Notes under the pieces: generated by a model
The model's database searches: none
Seen by the model: only the letters and a program-made list of their open reading frames with translations
Told to the model about the DNA's origin: nothing
Shown here: positions 28,141 through 38,249 of the stretch, piece by piece
Layout of the letters: the number at the start of each line of letters is the position of its first letter
How positions within the stretch are numbered: the first letter of the stretch is position 1
Program-made: the position numbers and the translations under genes
NCBI GenBank assembly: GCA_964596735.1
Contig: CAZQVF010000001.1
Coordinates: forward strand, 9,924 to 73,923
Reading direction: 5' to 3'
Length of the DNA: 64,000 nt
Source of the DNA: an uncultured Gammaproteobacteria bacterium
GTDB lineage: Bacteria; Patescibacteriota; Patescibacteriia; UBA2591; UBA6264

Positions 28141-28488
28141 ATGAATCCAGGTAAATGGGAAAACTTAATCTTTTTAGCTGAGGAAAAGTTTGGCATTGAT
28201 AAAAAACATAAAGAAGACTTTGAAGTGGCCGAGCTTTCTACTGGTGAAAAAATTATGGGTCAAAGACAAATAGTTGAATTTCAAAGTCCTTTGGGACGGA
28301 TAAAATTAGAAAAGAATTCACGGCCGAAAGTCATTGATAAAAAAGTCTTGCACACTAAAAGAATTGGGGGGAGAGTAGCTGTAGATTTTGTTTATTCAGA
28401 AGAAGAAAAAGTAGAAAATTTAAAGATTTATCGCCTTAAAAACGACGAATGGGTTGAAATTAACCCAGAAGATATGGGCATTACTTAA
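28141..28488 (+). CDS. Hypothetical protein
   Basis: A 115-aa ORF with good start context. No recognisable motif. Confidence 0.4.
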   Translation: MNPGKWENLIFLAEEKFGIDKKHKEDFEVAELSTGEKIMGQRQIVEFQSPLGRIKLEKNSRPKVIDKKVLHTKRIGGRVAVDFVYSEEEKVENLKIYRLKNDEWVEINPEDMGIT

Positions 28489-28493
28489 ATATA

Positions 28494-29191
28494 TGATATC
28501 TAAATTATACATTTATTTACCGGTTATTTTTTGTTTAGTCTTATTTTTTGTTTTTCAAAGTAATAATCCGATTAATATAATAATTGGTTATAGTCTTATT
28601 CTAATATTGTCATTAGCCAGTGGAATTATTTTAATTAAAGGGAAAATTAAAAAGCGTTGGCCGATTTTGTTACAGATAATGGTTTTTTCTACTAGCGCTC
28701 TAGTCTTTTTTCTTTTCTTAAATGGCATTTTTTGGCAGATTGTTTTTGTCTTGTTTTTTTCAGGCGTTTCAGGTTTTTTTCTTTTTCATATTTGGCAATT
28801 TTTTTATCAGCCCCGCCTTTGCCAGCCCGAGGCATTAGAAAGAATGAGTTTTTGGCTGAATTTTGTTATTATTTACTGGGTTTTGGTTGGTTTGGGTATG
28901 ACCTTGGGATTAGAGCCCTTAAGTGGATTATTTTTTCTCAGCCTGATTTTAGTTTTTGCCTTGTTCTTCTGGATGGCCGGTTATCTTAATTTTGTTAAAG
29001 GTGATGATTTTAAGTTAATAAAGACAGATTCATTAGTTATTACTTTAGTTTTAACTGAGATTTATTTAGCGATTAATTTTTTACCCCTGGGCGTTTATTT
29101 TAATGCCTTGAGCCTTTCTATCTTATATATTATAATTATTAATCTATGGCAAAAGATTCCTCAAAAAAAGTTAACATCTCTGACGACTTAG
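28494..29191 (+). CDS. Hypothetical polytopic membrane protein
   Basis: Six or seven hydrophobic helices. The start is placed at internal Met 28494 to avoid overlap with the upstream gene; the ORF track gives 28454. Confidence 0.4.
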
Positions 29192-30444
29192 ATGGAGAAG
29201 AGGTTGCAGTAAAGAAGAGCAAACGCTTAAGCTCTAAAAAAGAATATCATCACAGAGTAGAAGACGAAGTGGCAGAGTTTTACAACAACAGAGAATATGA
29301 TCATTTGCAAAAACCAGTCCCTGAAAAAAAGGGTTTGGTATGGTTGATTATTGTCTGGTCAGTTGTTTTTGGCTTAATCGCCGGAACCGCGGCCAGTATT
29401 TTTGTTTTAACCCATGAGACAATAAAGGTGCCCTTTAAACAGGAGCCAATAGATTTAACCAAGTTTTTCCCCACTCGAGAATTAAAAACAATTACGGAAA
29501 AGAACATTACTATTTTAGCAGAGACCAGGATGTCAGACGTAATTAAAGACATAAGTTTAAAAACAGGAAGAATTTTTAAAGCTAAACAAGGACAAAATTT
29601 AAGCTTTTTAGATCAAGTTTATGCTCCCTGGCAAACTAAAGGCCTGGGCCTTTTTATTAGTGAAGACGGCTGGTTAATAACCGGAGCTGTTTTTGAACCA
29701 CAAATAGATTATGTAGTTATTGATGGAGAAAATAAAATATGGCCAATTAAAAAAATAATTACTGACTCTTTAACAAAGATTAGTTTTTGTAAAATTGAAG
29801 GAAACAGCTTTGCCAAGATTGAGTTGGGGGGAAAAGACAAAGTTTTTCAAGGTCAGCAGGTGTTTGTTCTAGATAAATCAGAAAAGGTTTATTTAACAGA
29901 AATTAGTCAGGTTTATGCAAAAAATATTAATAAAACAGAAGATTTGGTTTATTCTACTGATAAATTTGTTCATACATTTGTTTTAGGTTTTGAAACTTCA
30001 GCCAGGGCTTTTTCTCAGGCGTTAATTTTTGGATTAAACGGGAAAATGATTGGTATTATGCTCCAAGAAAAAGTTATTCCTAGCTGGCAAATAAAACCGT
30101 TAATCAATCAAGTTTTGAAAGGTCAGGACAATATTGTTCGCCCGTTTTTAGGAATTGATTATTTAAGACTTGAACAAGCCCCGGGACTGACTAGTCCGCG
30201 CTTTAAAGGATTAACCAAGGGAGCAATTGTTTATGGTCCGCCAAATGAAAACAGCCCGGCTTTAAAAGCAGGCATTAAAAACGCCGATGTTATTATTAAG
30301 ATAGATGATATTGTTCTTAATCAAGACCAAGATTTAACTTATTTGGTTCAAAATAAGATTCCAGGGCAAGAAATAGAGATAACAGTGTTGCGGGATGAGC
30401 AAGAAAAGACATTTAGCATTGTTTTGGGAGAATTAAAAGAATAA
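29146..30444 (+). CDS. Membrane-anchored HtrA-like protein with a C-terminal PDZ domain and a degenerate protease active site
   Basis: A TM at about residues 65-87. The PDZ is GLTKGAIVYGPPNENSPALKAGIKNADVIIKIDDIVL. The trypsin-like region has GNSFAKIELGG where catalytic GNSGGPL is expected. Confidence 0.55.
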   Translation: MAKDSSKKVNISDDLDGEEVAVKKSKRLSSKKEYHHRVEDEVAEFYNNREYDHLQKPVPEKKGLVWLIIVWSVVFGLIAGTAASIFVLTHETIKVPFKQEPIDLTKFFPTRELKTITEKNITILAETRMSDVIKDISLKTGRIFKAKQGQNLSFLDQVYAPWQTKGLGLFISEDGWLITGAVFEPQIDYVVIDGENKIWPIKKIITDSLTKISFCKIEGNSFAKIELGGKDKVFQGQQVFVLDKSEKVYLTEISQVYAKNINKTEDLVYSTDKFVHTFVLGFETSARAFSQALIFGLNGKMIGIMLQEKVIPSWQIKPLINQVLKGQDNIVRPFLGIDYLRLEQAPGLTSPRFKGLTKGAIVYGPPNENSPALKAGIKNADVIIKIDDIVLNQDQDLTYLVQNKIPGQEIEITVLRDEQEKTFSIVLGELKE

Positions 30445-30621
30445 AGTTTTCCACAGATTAAAAATCGAAAAAGTGCTATAATATCATCATAATTAAGCTT
30501 TTGTTTGTAATGTGCCATCAGCCACAAAAAACCAGTATTTATTTTGTTTTATATTAAGAACCTTTTGTAGAGGTTTTTATTTTTAATTAATAATAAAAAA
30601 TTAACATTTAATTTAAAAACT

Positions 30622-33600
30622 ATGACAAAATCAAAAAGAATTTTAGCAAGTATAGTAGCGGTGACCACTGTTTTATGGTCAATAGGCCCAGCCGCCCTTG
30701 CCTTATCAGTTACTAATGTGGCTGTTTCTCCATCTTCAATTGAGATTACTTTTGACGACGCTGTTTTAAGTACGACCTTAACAGCCGCCGCAGAATTAGG
30801 AGATTCAACTAAAAGCGCGGGAGATTTGCGCAATTATCTTTTTAAGGTGGGTGATCCCTTAGTAACTAAAAATCTTAGTCGGGCGGCACCCTATAATATG
30901 ACCACTGAATATTTTGCTGCGGAGAATAAAATGCGTATTTACGGTATTGAAAATTTATACCTGGATTCTGGTGATGATTGGGATTTTAGTATCCCGGCTA
31001 CGACTATTCAGCACGCAACAACAACAGATTCTTATGTTGAAGCTTATCATGTCACAGGCGTGATTATAGGAGTACAAGATCCAGTTATAAACTATATTAA
31101 AAATGATCCAACCGCGGCTAGCCCAGTGCCGGCCTCAGGGGATTGTCTTGGTTATCCCTGCGGAGCAGTCGGTGATGGTTTAAAAATTTTTGGTTCTAAT
31201 TTTACCACTTCAACCGTGGCTTATATTGGAGGGGCAACAGCCACGATTAATGCTCAAACCGCTACTCAGCTTGATATTGAAATTCCTTCCGACTTTTCCA
31301 GCACAGGAGATGTTGATGTGCAGTTATATGATTCAAACACGGGCCGGTATTCAATATCCAGAGGTATTGTTGTTTATGATTCAGATGTCGGAGTAGTGGT
31401 TGGTTATTTAACTTTATCAGACGAAACCACTGGTGTTGATAATGCCGAAATAACAGTTGACCAACCTTCTTATTGGGGTTCTGGCGGCACAGCTTATACT
31501 CACGCCAATGGTTATTATGCCGTGTCTGTTACAACAGCTGGAACTTATGAGGCCAGATTTAATACTCCGCCTGGCATTTCAGAATCAGCTCCATCTAAGG
31601 TAAGCAATCTTTCAGTTACCTTGGGAGCGATTACCAGTGTTGGGGCCAAGGTTTGCGGTACTCCAACTATTTCAGGCTATGTTTGTGCTCCTGGCTCTTC
31701 TCCTTGTCAAGGAGTAGAAGGAGTTAATGTCAGTGTTTACACCTATGATTGGACTGTTGAACAGACAACCATGACCAATCCAGACGGTTCATGGAGTGTT
31801 TATATTGATAACACCGGCTCTTGGATTAATGTTGGTGTTGATACAAATCCAAGCTATTACCACACCAATGTTTTGGGCTATTTTTCAAGTTTAAGAGGCC
31901 TTTATGATCAAACCCTTAGTTCAGGGGCTACGGTTGCTGATTTGGAAGTTTATTTAACTCAATATAATGTGGGAGGAACAGTTAAAACTCCGGCGGGCGA
32001 CACTAGTGAGGCCAATCCAGTTCCTAATACAGTGGCGCCAAACGCTAATGTTCAATTACGCACAGAAGATTGGTCTTATGAACAATGGACAAATACTGAC
32101 GATAATGGCGTTTTCAAATTTGGCGGTGTGCCGGCTGGTTCAACTTATATTTTAGAGATTGAACCGCCATACTCTGGTAATTTTTCAGCCTATGCTCGGA
32201 CCAGAATTGAAGATTTAGTGGTTGGTTCTTCAGCTATTGGGTGGGATGCGGGAACTGAAATAACAGATCTTAATCAGGACGCTAAAGCAACAAGCGGAGC
32301 CTTAAGATTTGGTCAGCCAAATGTTTGGGGTAAGGTTATGGCTGGCGGTTCAGCCGTTGAAAATGCCTGGGTTGAACTTCATAATTGGGGAGGATGGTAT
32401 AGTACTAATACTGATGCTGATGGTAAGTTTAAATTTGATGCAGCTATAGGGACTTATGAATTAGAAGTTAATCCACCTAGTGATAGCAGTTATTCTCGAC
32501 GTAGATTTGAAAATATACAAATAACTTCAGCCACGTCTAATGATTTAGCTGCTCAGGCTGATGCCATTGACGAGGTTGATGATGACGCTTTTACTTTGGC
32601 GGCGCCAAATGTTTCCGGCTATGTTTACGGACCAACCGGCACCACTGGCCAGGCAAATGTTGGAATGGATCTTTGTCCATACAATTCCCCAGGGATGTGT
32701 TATTGGGCGATGACTAATAACGCTGGATTGTTTGGTCTTGGCGGAGTGCCTGACGGAACCTGGAGAGTTGAAATAAGACCAGATACCTGGAGTACAATTT
32801 ATGTTGCGCCAGTTTCCCAGATTTTAGTTATTTCCGGAGGTTCACCAACTACCTTAGACGGCACAGCAATTTCAGGAAATTTGATTTTTAGGTTGGTTGA
32901 TCCATCAGAAGGTGGTTTAAAAGGAAAGGTTTGCGCTCCAGGGGACACTAGTTCTTGTGAACATCCTCAGGCAAACGTGGGAGTTAATTTGCGGCCGCAA
33001 AACGCCATGGAAGGATTTAGATGGGGTCAGACTGATTCCAATGGTGAATTTGCTTTTGGGGCAGTGGTTGCTGGCGTTTATGATTTAGAGGTAGAACCAT
33101 GGGGGAGTAGTGCTTATTCTCGCCAGACATATACGGTTACGGTTAATAGTGATGATTCAGTGACAGTAGGAAGTACTGAATATTCTACCCGGAACATTGT
33201 TCTTTATTTAAGTAGTCCTAATATTGCTGGTTATTTATATACTCCAAGATTTGCTGCTGGTCATACCTCAACTTCTAATCCTACTCCTGATCAGCCAATT
33301 CAATGGGCTTGGGTGAATTTACATCAAGAGGGTCCAATGATGGGTCCGGGTGGTTGGTATGGCGCCAGTACTGATGAAAATGGTTATTTCAATTTTGGCG
33401 GTGTTCAACCAGGTTCAAACTATGTTTTAGAAGCAGAAGCCCAATGGGGCGGTGCTTATACTCGTAAAAGATATTCAAATATTATTTTTACAGATACAAA
33501 TAGCGACGGAGTGGCTGATGAATGTAGTGTTGGAATTACAGATGATGGCGATGCTGAAGATGGAAGCTGTGACTTAAGTACTCTATTGGGTACAGCCGTT

Positions 33601-36600
33601 GCTTCTGGTACTCCAGTCAGAGCCGTCAGAGTTGGTATACCTAATTTAAGGGGACAGATAGTTGATCCAGATAGTAATGGAGTAAGAGATTGCTGGGTAA
33701 TGGTTCATGATAATATGTGGATGAATCAGGCCGGGGGCAACACTGATCAAAGCGGATACTTTAACTTGGGTGGATTAGATGATGGTACTTATCAAATTGA
33801 AATAAACATGCCTTGGGGCGGTGATCAGGCCTATACGCAACCCAGTGGCTTAACAGTGGTTATTGCCAATGATATTGCTGTGGTTAAGCAAAATAATGTG
33901 GCTTTGACTAATAACAAGATAACATTAACCACGCCTCAAAAGATCTTAACCGGTTATGTTTATAAAGACACTAATGACAATGGGTCTTATGATATTGGGG
34001 TTGATACAGCAATGGAAAATGTTCGAGTTGAAGGTCATCGAAACATGGGCGGCGGATTTTTTGAGGTTAGAACTAATTCTAGTGGTGAATACACTTTAAA
34101 AATTAGTGGTGGTTCTTGGTGGATTCAGCCAATGCCTGATTGGGGCAATGTCAATGTTGATTGGGTTTATTCTGAACCACCAACCAGAGTTACTTTCCCG
34201 TCAACTACGACTGAAGAATGCAAAGGAACAACAACTCGTTGTACAGCCGCTTCGGCTACGGCTACGGTTATTGATGACGGTCTTGATTTTAAAGTAGATG
34301 TGGCTAATAGTATTTTAACTGGTTATGTTAAATTGCCAGACGGTACGGCCGTGGCCAATACTTGGGTTGATGCGCACAAAGGCATGGGCCCGGGCAATGG
34401 GGCTAATACTGACAGCAATGGCCGGTTTAGCATTAATGTTCCAGCCGGAACATATGAAATAATGGCCATGCCCAATACCCCTGATTATGGCAGTCCAGAT
34501 CCAATTAAAGTAAAAGTAGCCGATGGCCAAACAACAGATGCCGGCACTTTATATTTAAAATCCAGAAGTTCTCACATTAAAGGTTCAGTTACTGATTCAG
34601 CTGGTAATGCTATTGGTAATGTTATGCTTAATGCCTGGCAATTTAATTCTCCTGGCTGGGCAACTGCCTTTACTGATAGTACTACTGGAAGATATGACTT
34701 AACAGTTAGTGATGGAGTTTGGGGTATCATGGTAATGCCCATGAGCGGAAGTTATATTTATCAAGGGGCGCCTTTAAATGTAACTGTTGACGAAAATGAG
34801 ACCTCTGATGCTAATGATTTTGTATTAAAAAATGCAGACACTACTCTTAAGGTTAGTATAGTTAATTCTAGTGGAACTCGAATAACTGATCTTTGGGGAG
34901 GTGTTTGGGTTAAAGATACTTCGGTTGATGATATGATTGATTTTGGCGGGCCAATGGAAGACATGATGATGAAAGGAGACATGATAACTGATACAGGCGG
35001 AATGATAGAAGGAGGTATGGGTTCTGGCGGAGGAGGCGCCATGGGTCCGGGTATGGAACAGGGTGGCTTCCAGGGCGGCGGATTAGTCAATGGTTATACT
35101 GAGATTAAAATTCCTGGTGGCTCTGAGGCAAGCCCTGAACAATATGAGCTTGGTTTGCATACACCACCCGGAGCAACCTATACTTTAAGTGCTACTAAAA
35201 TAGTCGATGTTGTTAGTAGTGTTGATCAAGAAATTGAATTAGTGGTGACTTTAAATGATGTCACCCTTCAAGGCCATTTATATATTGATGCCAATTCTAG
35301 TGGAGGATATGATTCTGGAGAAGAGGCAACAGGTCTTAGAGCCTTTGTTAATGCTCATCGAGCCGAAGGTGGTTGGCAAATGACCGAGACCAACAACGAT
35401 GGTTCTTATAGTATTCTTGTCTCTGCCGGAGAATGGAGACTTGATGCCTGGATTGATGTGTTTATGACTTTTGGGGCAAGTAAATATATGATTGTTAATG
35501 AAGACGTTAAAGATATTGTTAGCGCCGGAGATACAATCACTCGTAATTTTGAAGTTAAAGAATTAGGCTCAAGTATTTCTGGAACAGTGACTGACCCGGA
35601 CGGAGTAGCCATGGATAATGTTTGGATTTTTGTTGATTATGGTACAGAAGAAATGATTTCTGACTTTAAAGGACCGGGCGGTCCTGGAGTAGGAACCTTT
35701 ACTGATATTAGTGGTGATTATACTTTAAATGTGGCGGCCGGAGCCTATAAGGTTGGGGCTGGTATTCCTCCATGGGATACAAGAAATTTAATCAGTCCTG
35801 ATTTGTTAACAGTTACTGTAGCTGATTCAGCTGCTTCTACAGGCAATGATTTACAATTTAAATCATCTGATGCCACAATTGCAGGAACAATTACTTATGA
35901 TGGGGAAAACAAAGCGGCCTTTGTTAGAGCCTGGTCAGATAGCGGTGGCGGCAATGGAACTATTTCCACTGACGGCACTTACAGCTTAAATGTCAGTTCA
36001 GATGATACCTGGCACATTAGCGCCGCAACAGAAATCAGCAATGTATTTTACGAAAGCGCTGAAGCCAGTGTTACTACTGTAGCGGGAACAAATACGCAAA
36101 ATCTAGTTTTAGCCCAAAGTACATTATCTATTCCAGAATCCAAGACAGCCTCATTTGATTCTTCTAATAGTAAAAGTATTATCTTAGGAGATGGTTTAAA
36201 GGTTGATGCACCAGCCGGCAGTATTCAAAGTTCAGGTACGGTGACACTAACGGTTACGCCTAAAACAGATGCTAAGCCAGATTCTAAAGATAAACCAGTT
36301 GGCATTAGTTATGATTTTGTGGCCAAAGATGCCGATGGACAAGCCGTAACCAGTTTTGCCAATGATGTTACGGTCACTATTCCCTATAATGAAGACGTTA
36401 TTACCGCGGCTGGTTATTCTGAGACAGATTTAAGTCCCAAATATTATGATGAAACAACTGGAACCTGGGAGAATTGGAAAGCGGTTGTTCAGGATACAGA
36501 CGCAAATACATTTACCATTACCACAAATCACTTTACGCCAGGCGGTTTGACTGGTGGCCGAGTTACAGCGGCGGCGGTTACTCCTTCTACTCCTAGTAGT

Positions 36601-37560
36601 GGTACGCCAGCCGGAGGGTCAACTGGCAGCATATTATTACCAGAGGGGCCAACCAATGTTTCAGTTTGGATAAATTGGGGAGCAGAAACAACAGTAAACA
36701 GAACCATTACCTTGTCTCTTGGGGCTGATAACGCCACAGAAATGTTAATTAGTAATTCAATTGATTTTGTCGGAGCTACCTGGGAAGAATATAAGACCAG
36801 TAAATACTGGACATTAGAAGCTGGTAATGGTGAGAAAAATGTTTATGTTAAATACCGCGATGAAGACTATAATGACTCTTCTATTGTTTCCGATACCATT
36901 GTTTTAGCAGAGGTGTTGGCTGCAGCCGGAGAAAGAGATTTGGTTAAGACAGCTGATAGTTCAGGAGTATATTTAATCTTAAATGGCAGACGTCATGTGT
37001 TCCCGCATTTAGCTGTTTATACTTCATGGGCTTATCCAGATGATTTCTCAACAGTAAAAACAATATCCAGCGCTGACTTTAATGCTTTTGAAGAAGGCGA
37101 TCCAGTGCCATTTAGAGACGGTTCAATGTTCAGAGGCACAGCCGCTTCCTTACATGGCAAAGCCGCTTCAGCTGTTTTCTATGTTGAAGATGGAAAACTT
37201 AGGCCGGTTAATTCAGGAGAGGTTTATCAGGAATTGTTTAATGATCCAGGCTGGGGTTTGGTTACTTGGGTGCCAGACGATCTTTTGTCCAAGTTTGAAT
37301 ATTCATTAGGGGAAAACCTTGTTTCAAGCGATATTCATCCTAATGGTGCTTTGGTTAAATACGCTGATTCAGCTGCGGTTTATTTGATTGAAAATGGACA
37401 AAAAAGACAATTTACTTCTTGGGATGCTGTGGTAGATAATGGTTATCAAAAGAAAAAGATTCATATTATTCCAGCATCAGAAACCTATGTTACAGCTGAT
37501 TCAATTGGCAGCCTAGCCGAGTCTTTAATCACGCCAGTGATTGCGGCTATGTATCGTTAG
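30622..37560 (+). CDS. Giant (2312 aa) secreted surface protein with at least 11 tandem carboxypeptidase-regulatory-like / Cna-B-type beta-sandwich repeats, a Met/Gly-rich segment and a C-terminal shared module
   Basis: Signal peptide MTKSKRILASIVAVTTVLWSIGPAALA. The repeats have the form [IL]-x-G-[YK]-V-x(5-20)-[AV]-x-V-x-[LA]-H-x(5-12)-T-[DN]-x-[DN]-G-x-[FY] (e.g. LTGYVYKDTNDNGSYDIG...NVRVEGH, GKVMAGGSAVENAWVELHNWGGWYSTNTDADGKFKF). The Met-rich linker is MEDMMMKGDMITDTGGMIEGGMGSGGGG. There is no internal stop over 6.9 kb. Confidence 0.8.
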   Translation: MTKSKRILASIVAVTTVLWSIGPAALALSVTNVAVSPSSIEITFDDAVLSTTLTAAAELGDSTKSAGDLRNYLFKVGDPLVTKNLSRAAPYNMTTEYFAAENKMRIYGIENLYLDSGDDWDFSIPATTIQHATTTDSYVEAYHVTGVIIGVQDPVINYIKNDPTAASPVPASGDCLGYPCGAVGDGLKIFGSNFTTSTVAYIGGATATINAQTATQLDIEIPSDFSSTGDVDVQLYDSNTGRYSISRGIVVYDSDVGVVVGYLTLSDETTGVDNAEITVDQPSYWGSGGTAYTHANGYYAVSVTTAGTYEARFNTPPGISESAPSKVSNLSVTLGAITSVGAKVCGTPTISGYVCAPGSSPCQGVEGVNVSVYTYDWTVEQTTMTNPDGSWSVYIDNTGSWINVGVDTNPSYYHTNVLGYFSSLRGLYDQTLSSGATVADLEVYLTQYNVGGTVKTPAGDTSEANPVPNTVAPNANVQLRTEDWSYEQWTNTDDNGVFKFGGVPAGSTYILEIEPPYSGNFSAYARTRIEDLVVGSSAIGWDAGTEITDLNQDAKATSGALRFGQPNVWGKVMAGGSAVENAWVELHNWGGWYSTNTDADGKFKFDAAIGTYELEVNPPSDSSYSRRRFENIQITSATSNDLAAQADAIDEVDDDAFTLAAPNVSGYVYGPTGTTGQANVGMDLCPYNSPGMCYWAMTNNAGLFGLGGVPDGTWRVEIRPDTWSTIYVAPVSQILVISGGSPTTLDGTAISGNLIFRLVDPSEGGLKGKVCAPGDTSSCEHPQANVGVNLRPQNAMEGFRWGQTDSNGEFAFGAVVAGVYDLEVEPWGSSAYSRQTYTVTVNSDDSVTVGSTEYSTRNIVLYLSSPNIAGYLYTPRFAAGHTSTSNPTPDQPIQWAWVNLHQEGPMMGPGGWYGASTDENGYFNFGGVQPGSNYVLEAEAQWGGAYTRKRYSNIIFTDTNSDGVADECSVGITDDGDAEDGSCDLSTLLGTAVASGTPVRAVRVGIPNLRGQIVDPDSNGVRDCWVMVHDNMWMNQAGGNTDQSGYFNLGGLDDGTYQIEINMPWGGDQAYTQPSGLTVVIANDIAVVKQNNVALTNNKITLTTPQKILTGYVYKDTNDNGSYDIGVDTAMENVRVEGHRNMGGGFFEVRTNSSGEYTLKISGGSWWIQPMPDWGNVNVDWVYSEPPTRVTFPSTTTEECKGTTTRCTAASATATVIDDGLDFKVDVANSILTGYVKLPDGTAVANTWVDAHKGMGPGNGANTDSNGRFSINVPAGTYEIMAMPNTPDYGSPDPIKVKVADGQTTDAGTLYLKSRSSHIKGSVTDSAGNAIGNVMLNAWQFNSPGWATAFTDSTTGRYDLTVSDGVWGIMVMPMSGSYIYQGAPLNVTVDENETSDANDFVLKNADTTLKVSIVNSSGTRITDLWGGVWVKDTSVDDMIDFGGPMEDMMMKGDMITDTGGMIEGGMGSGGGGAMGPGMEQGGFQGGGLVNGYTEIKIPGGSEASPEQYELGLHTPPGATYTLSATKIVDVVSSVDQEIELVVTLNDVTLQGHLYIDANSSGGYDSGEEATGLRAFVNAHRAEGGWQMTETNNDGSYSILVSAGEWRLDAWIDVFMTFGASKYMIVNEDVKDIVSAGDTITRNFEVKELGSSISGTVTDPDGVAMDNVWIFVDYGTEEMISDFKGPGGPGVGTFTDISGDYTLNVAAGAYKVGAGIPPWDTRNLISPDLLTVTVADSAASTGNDLQFKSSDATIAGTITYDGENKAAFVRAWSDSGGGNGTISTDGTYSLNVSSDDTWHISAATEISNVFYESAEASVTTVAGTNTQNLVLAQSTLSIPESKTASFDSSNSKSIILGDGLKVDAPAGSIQSSGTVTLTVTPKTDAKPDSKDKPVGISYDFVAKDADGQAVTSFANDVTVTIPYNEDVITAAGYSETDLSPKYYDETTGTWENWKAVVQDTDANTFTITTNHFTPGGLTGGRVTAAAVTPSTPSSGTPAGGSTGSILLPEGPTNVSVWINWGAETTVNRTITLSLGADNATEMLISNSIDFVGATWEEYKTSKYWTLEAGNGEKNVYVKYRDEDYNDSSIVSDTIVLAEVLAAAGERDLVKTADSSGVYLILNGRRHVFPHLAVYTSWAYPDDFSTVKTISSADFNAFEEGDPVPFRDGSMFRGTAASLHGKAASAVFYVEDGKLRPVNSGEVYQELFNDPGWGLVTWVPDDLLSKFEYSLGENLVSSDIHPNGALVKYADSAAVYLIENGQKRQFTSWDAVVDNGYQKKKIHIIPASETYVTADSIGSLAESLITPVIAAMYR

Positions 37561-37594
37561 ATTTATTCCCTTTAAGGGAAGGGATAAGATATAG

Positions 37595-37626
37595 AAAAGG
37601 GGCTATAAAAAGCCCCTTTTCTTTTT
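37595..37626 (+). terminator. Rho-independent terminator of the giant gene
   Basis: AAAAGGGGCT-ATAAAA-AGCCCCTTTTCTTTTT. Confidence 0.7.
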
Positions 37627-37688
37627 AAATAATTATGCTAGAATTGAGGTTCATACCTCAAAGAGGTTGAACCTCTTAGGAAATAAAG

Positions 37689-38225
37689 ATGTTTAAAATC
37701 ACGGAAAAAATTCTTTTTCATCAAATTAGAAATGGTGATGAGCAGGCCTTCACCATCTTTTATAATAGGTACAAGACTAAGATTTACCGCTTTATTTATT
37801 TTAAAGTTTCTAATGAAGAAAAAGCCGATGATTTGACAAATGATACTTTTATAAAAGTATTTCGTTATTTGCGGAATGGAGAAGAGATTGAGAATTTTCA
37901 AGCTTTTTTGTATAAAACAGCTCGTAATTTGGTAATTGATTTTTACCGGACCAGAAAACAAGAGGTTTCTTTAGAAGATGCCAAAGAAGTTGAGGCTGAT
38001 ATAGACGTAAGCAAAGAGGTTGATGATAAAATAAAAGTAGAAACCATTAATAAGTATTTATCTGGTTTAAGTCCAGAATATATTAAAGTTGTTAAGCTTC
38101 ATTTTTTTGATGAACTCTCATTCAAAGAAATAGCTGAGATTACAGGTGATTCAGAGGGGAGTGTTAGAATGAGGGCTCATCGGGGAATGGCCCAGCTTAA
38201 AAAACAGCTAAAAGAGCGTGATTAA
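37689..38225 (+). CDS. ECF-type RNA polymerase sigma factor (sigma-70 regions 2 and 4)
   Basis: Region 2 is FTIFYNRYKTKIYRFIY...DLTNDTFIKVFRYL. Region 4 HTH is LSFKEIAEITGDSEGSVRMRAHRGMAQLKKQL. Confidence 0.85.
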   Translation: MFKITEKILFHQIRNGDEQAFTIFYNRYKTKIYRFIYFKVSNEEKADDLTNDTFIKVFRYLRNGEEIENFQAFLYKTARNLVIDFYRTRKQEVSLEDAKEVEADIDVSKEVDDKIKVETINKYLSGLSPEYIKVVKLHFFDELSFKEIAEITGDSEGSVRMRAHRGMAQLKKQLKERD

Positions 38226-38249
38226 TTTATTTTTTTATCGTCTTAATTA

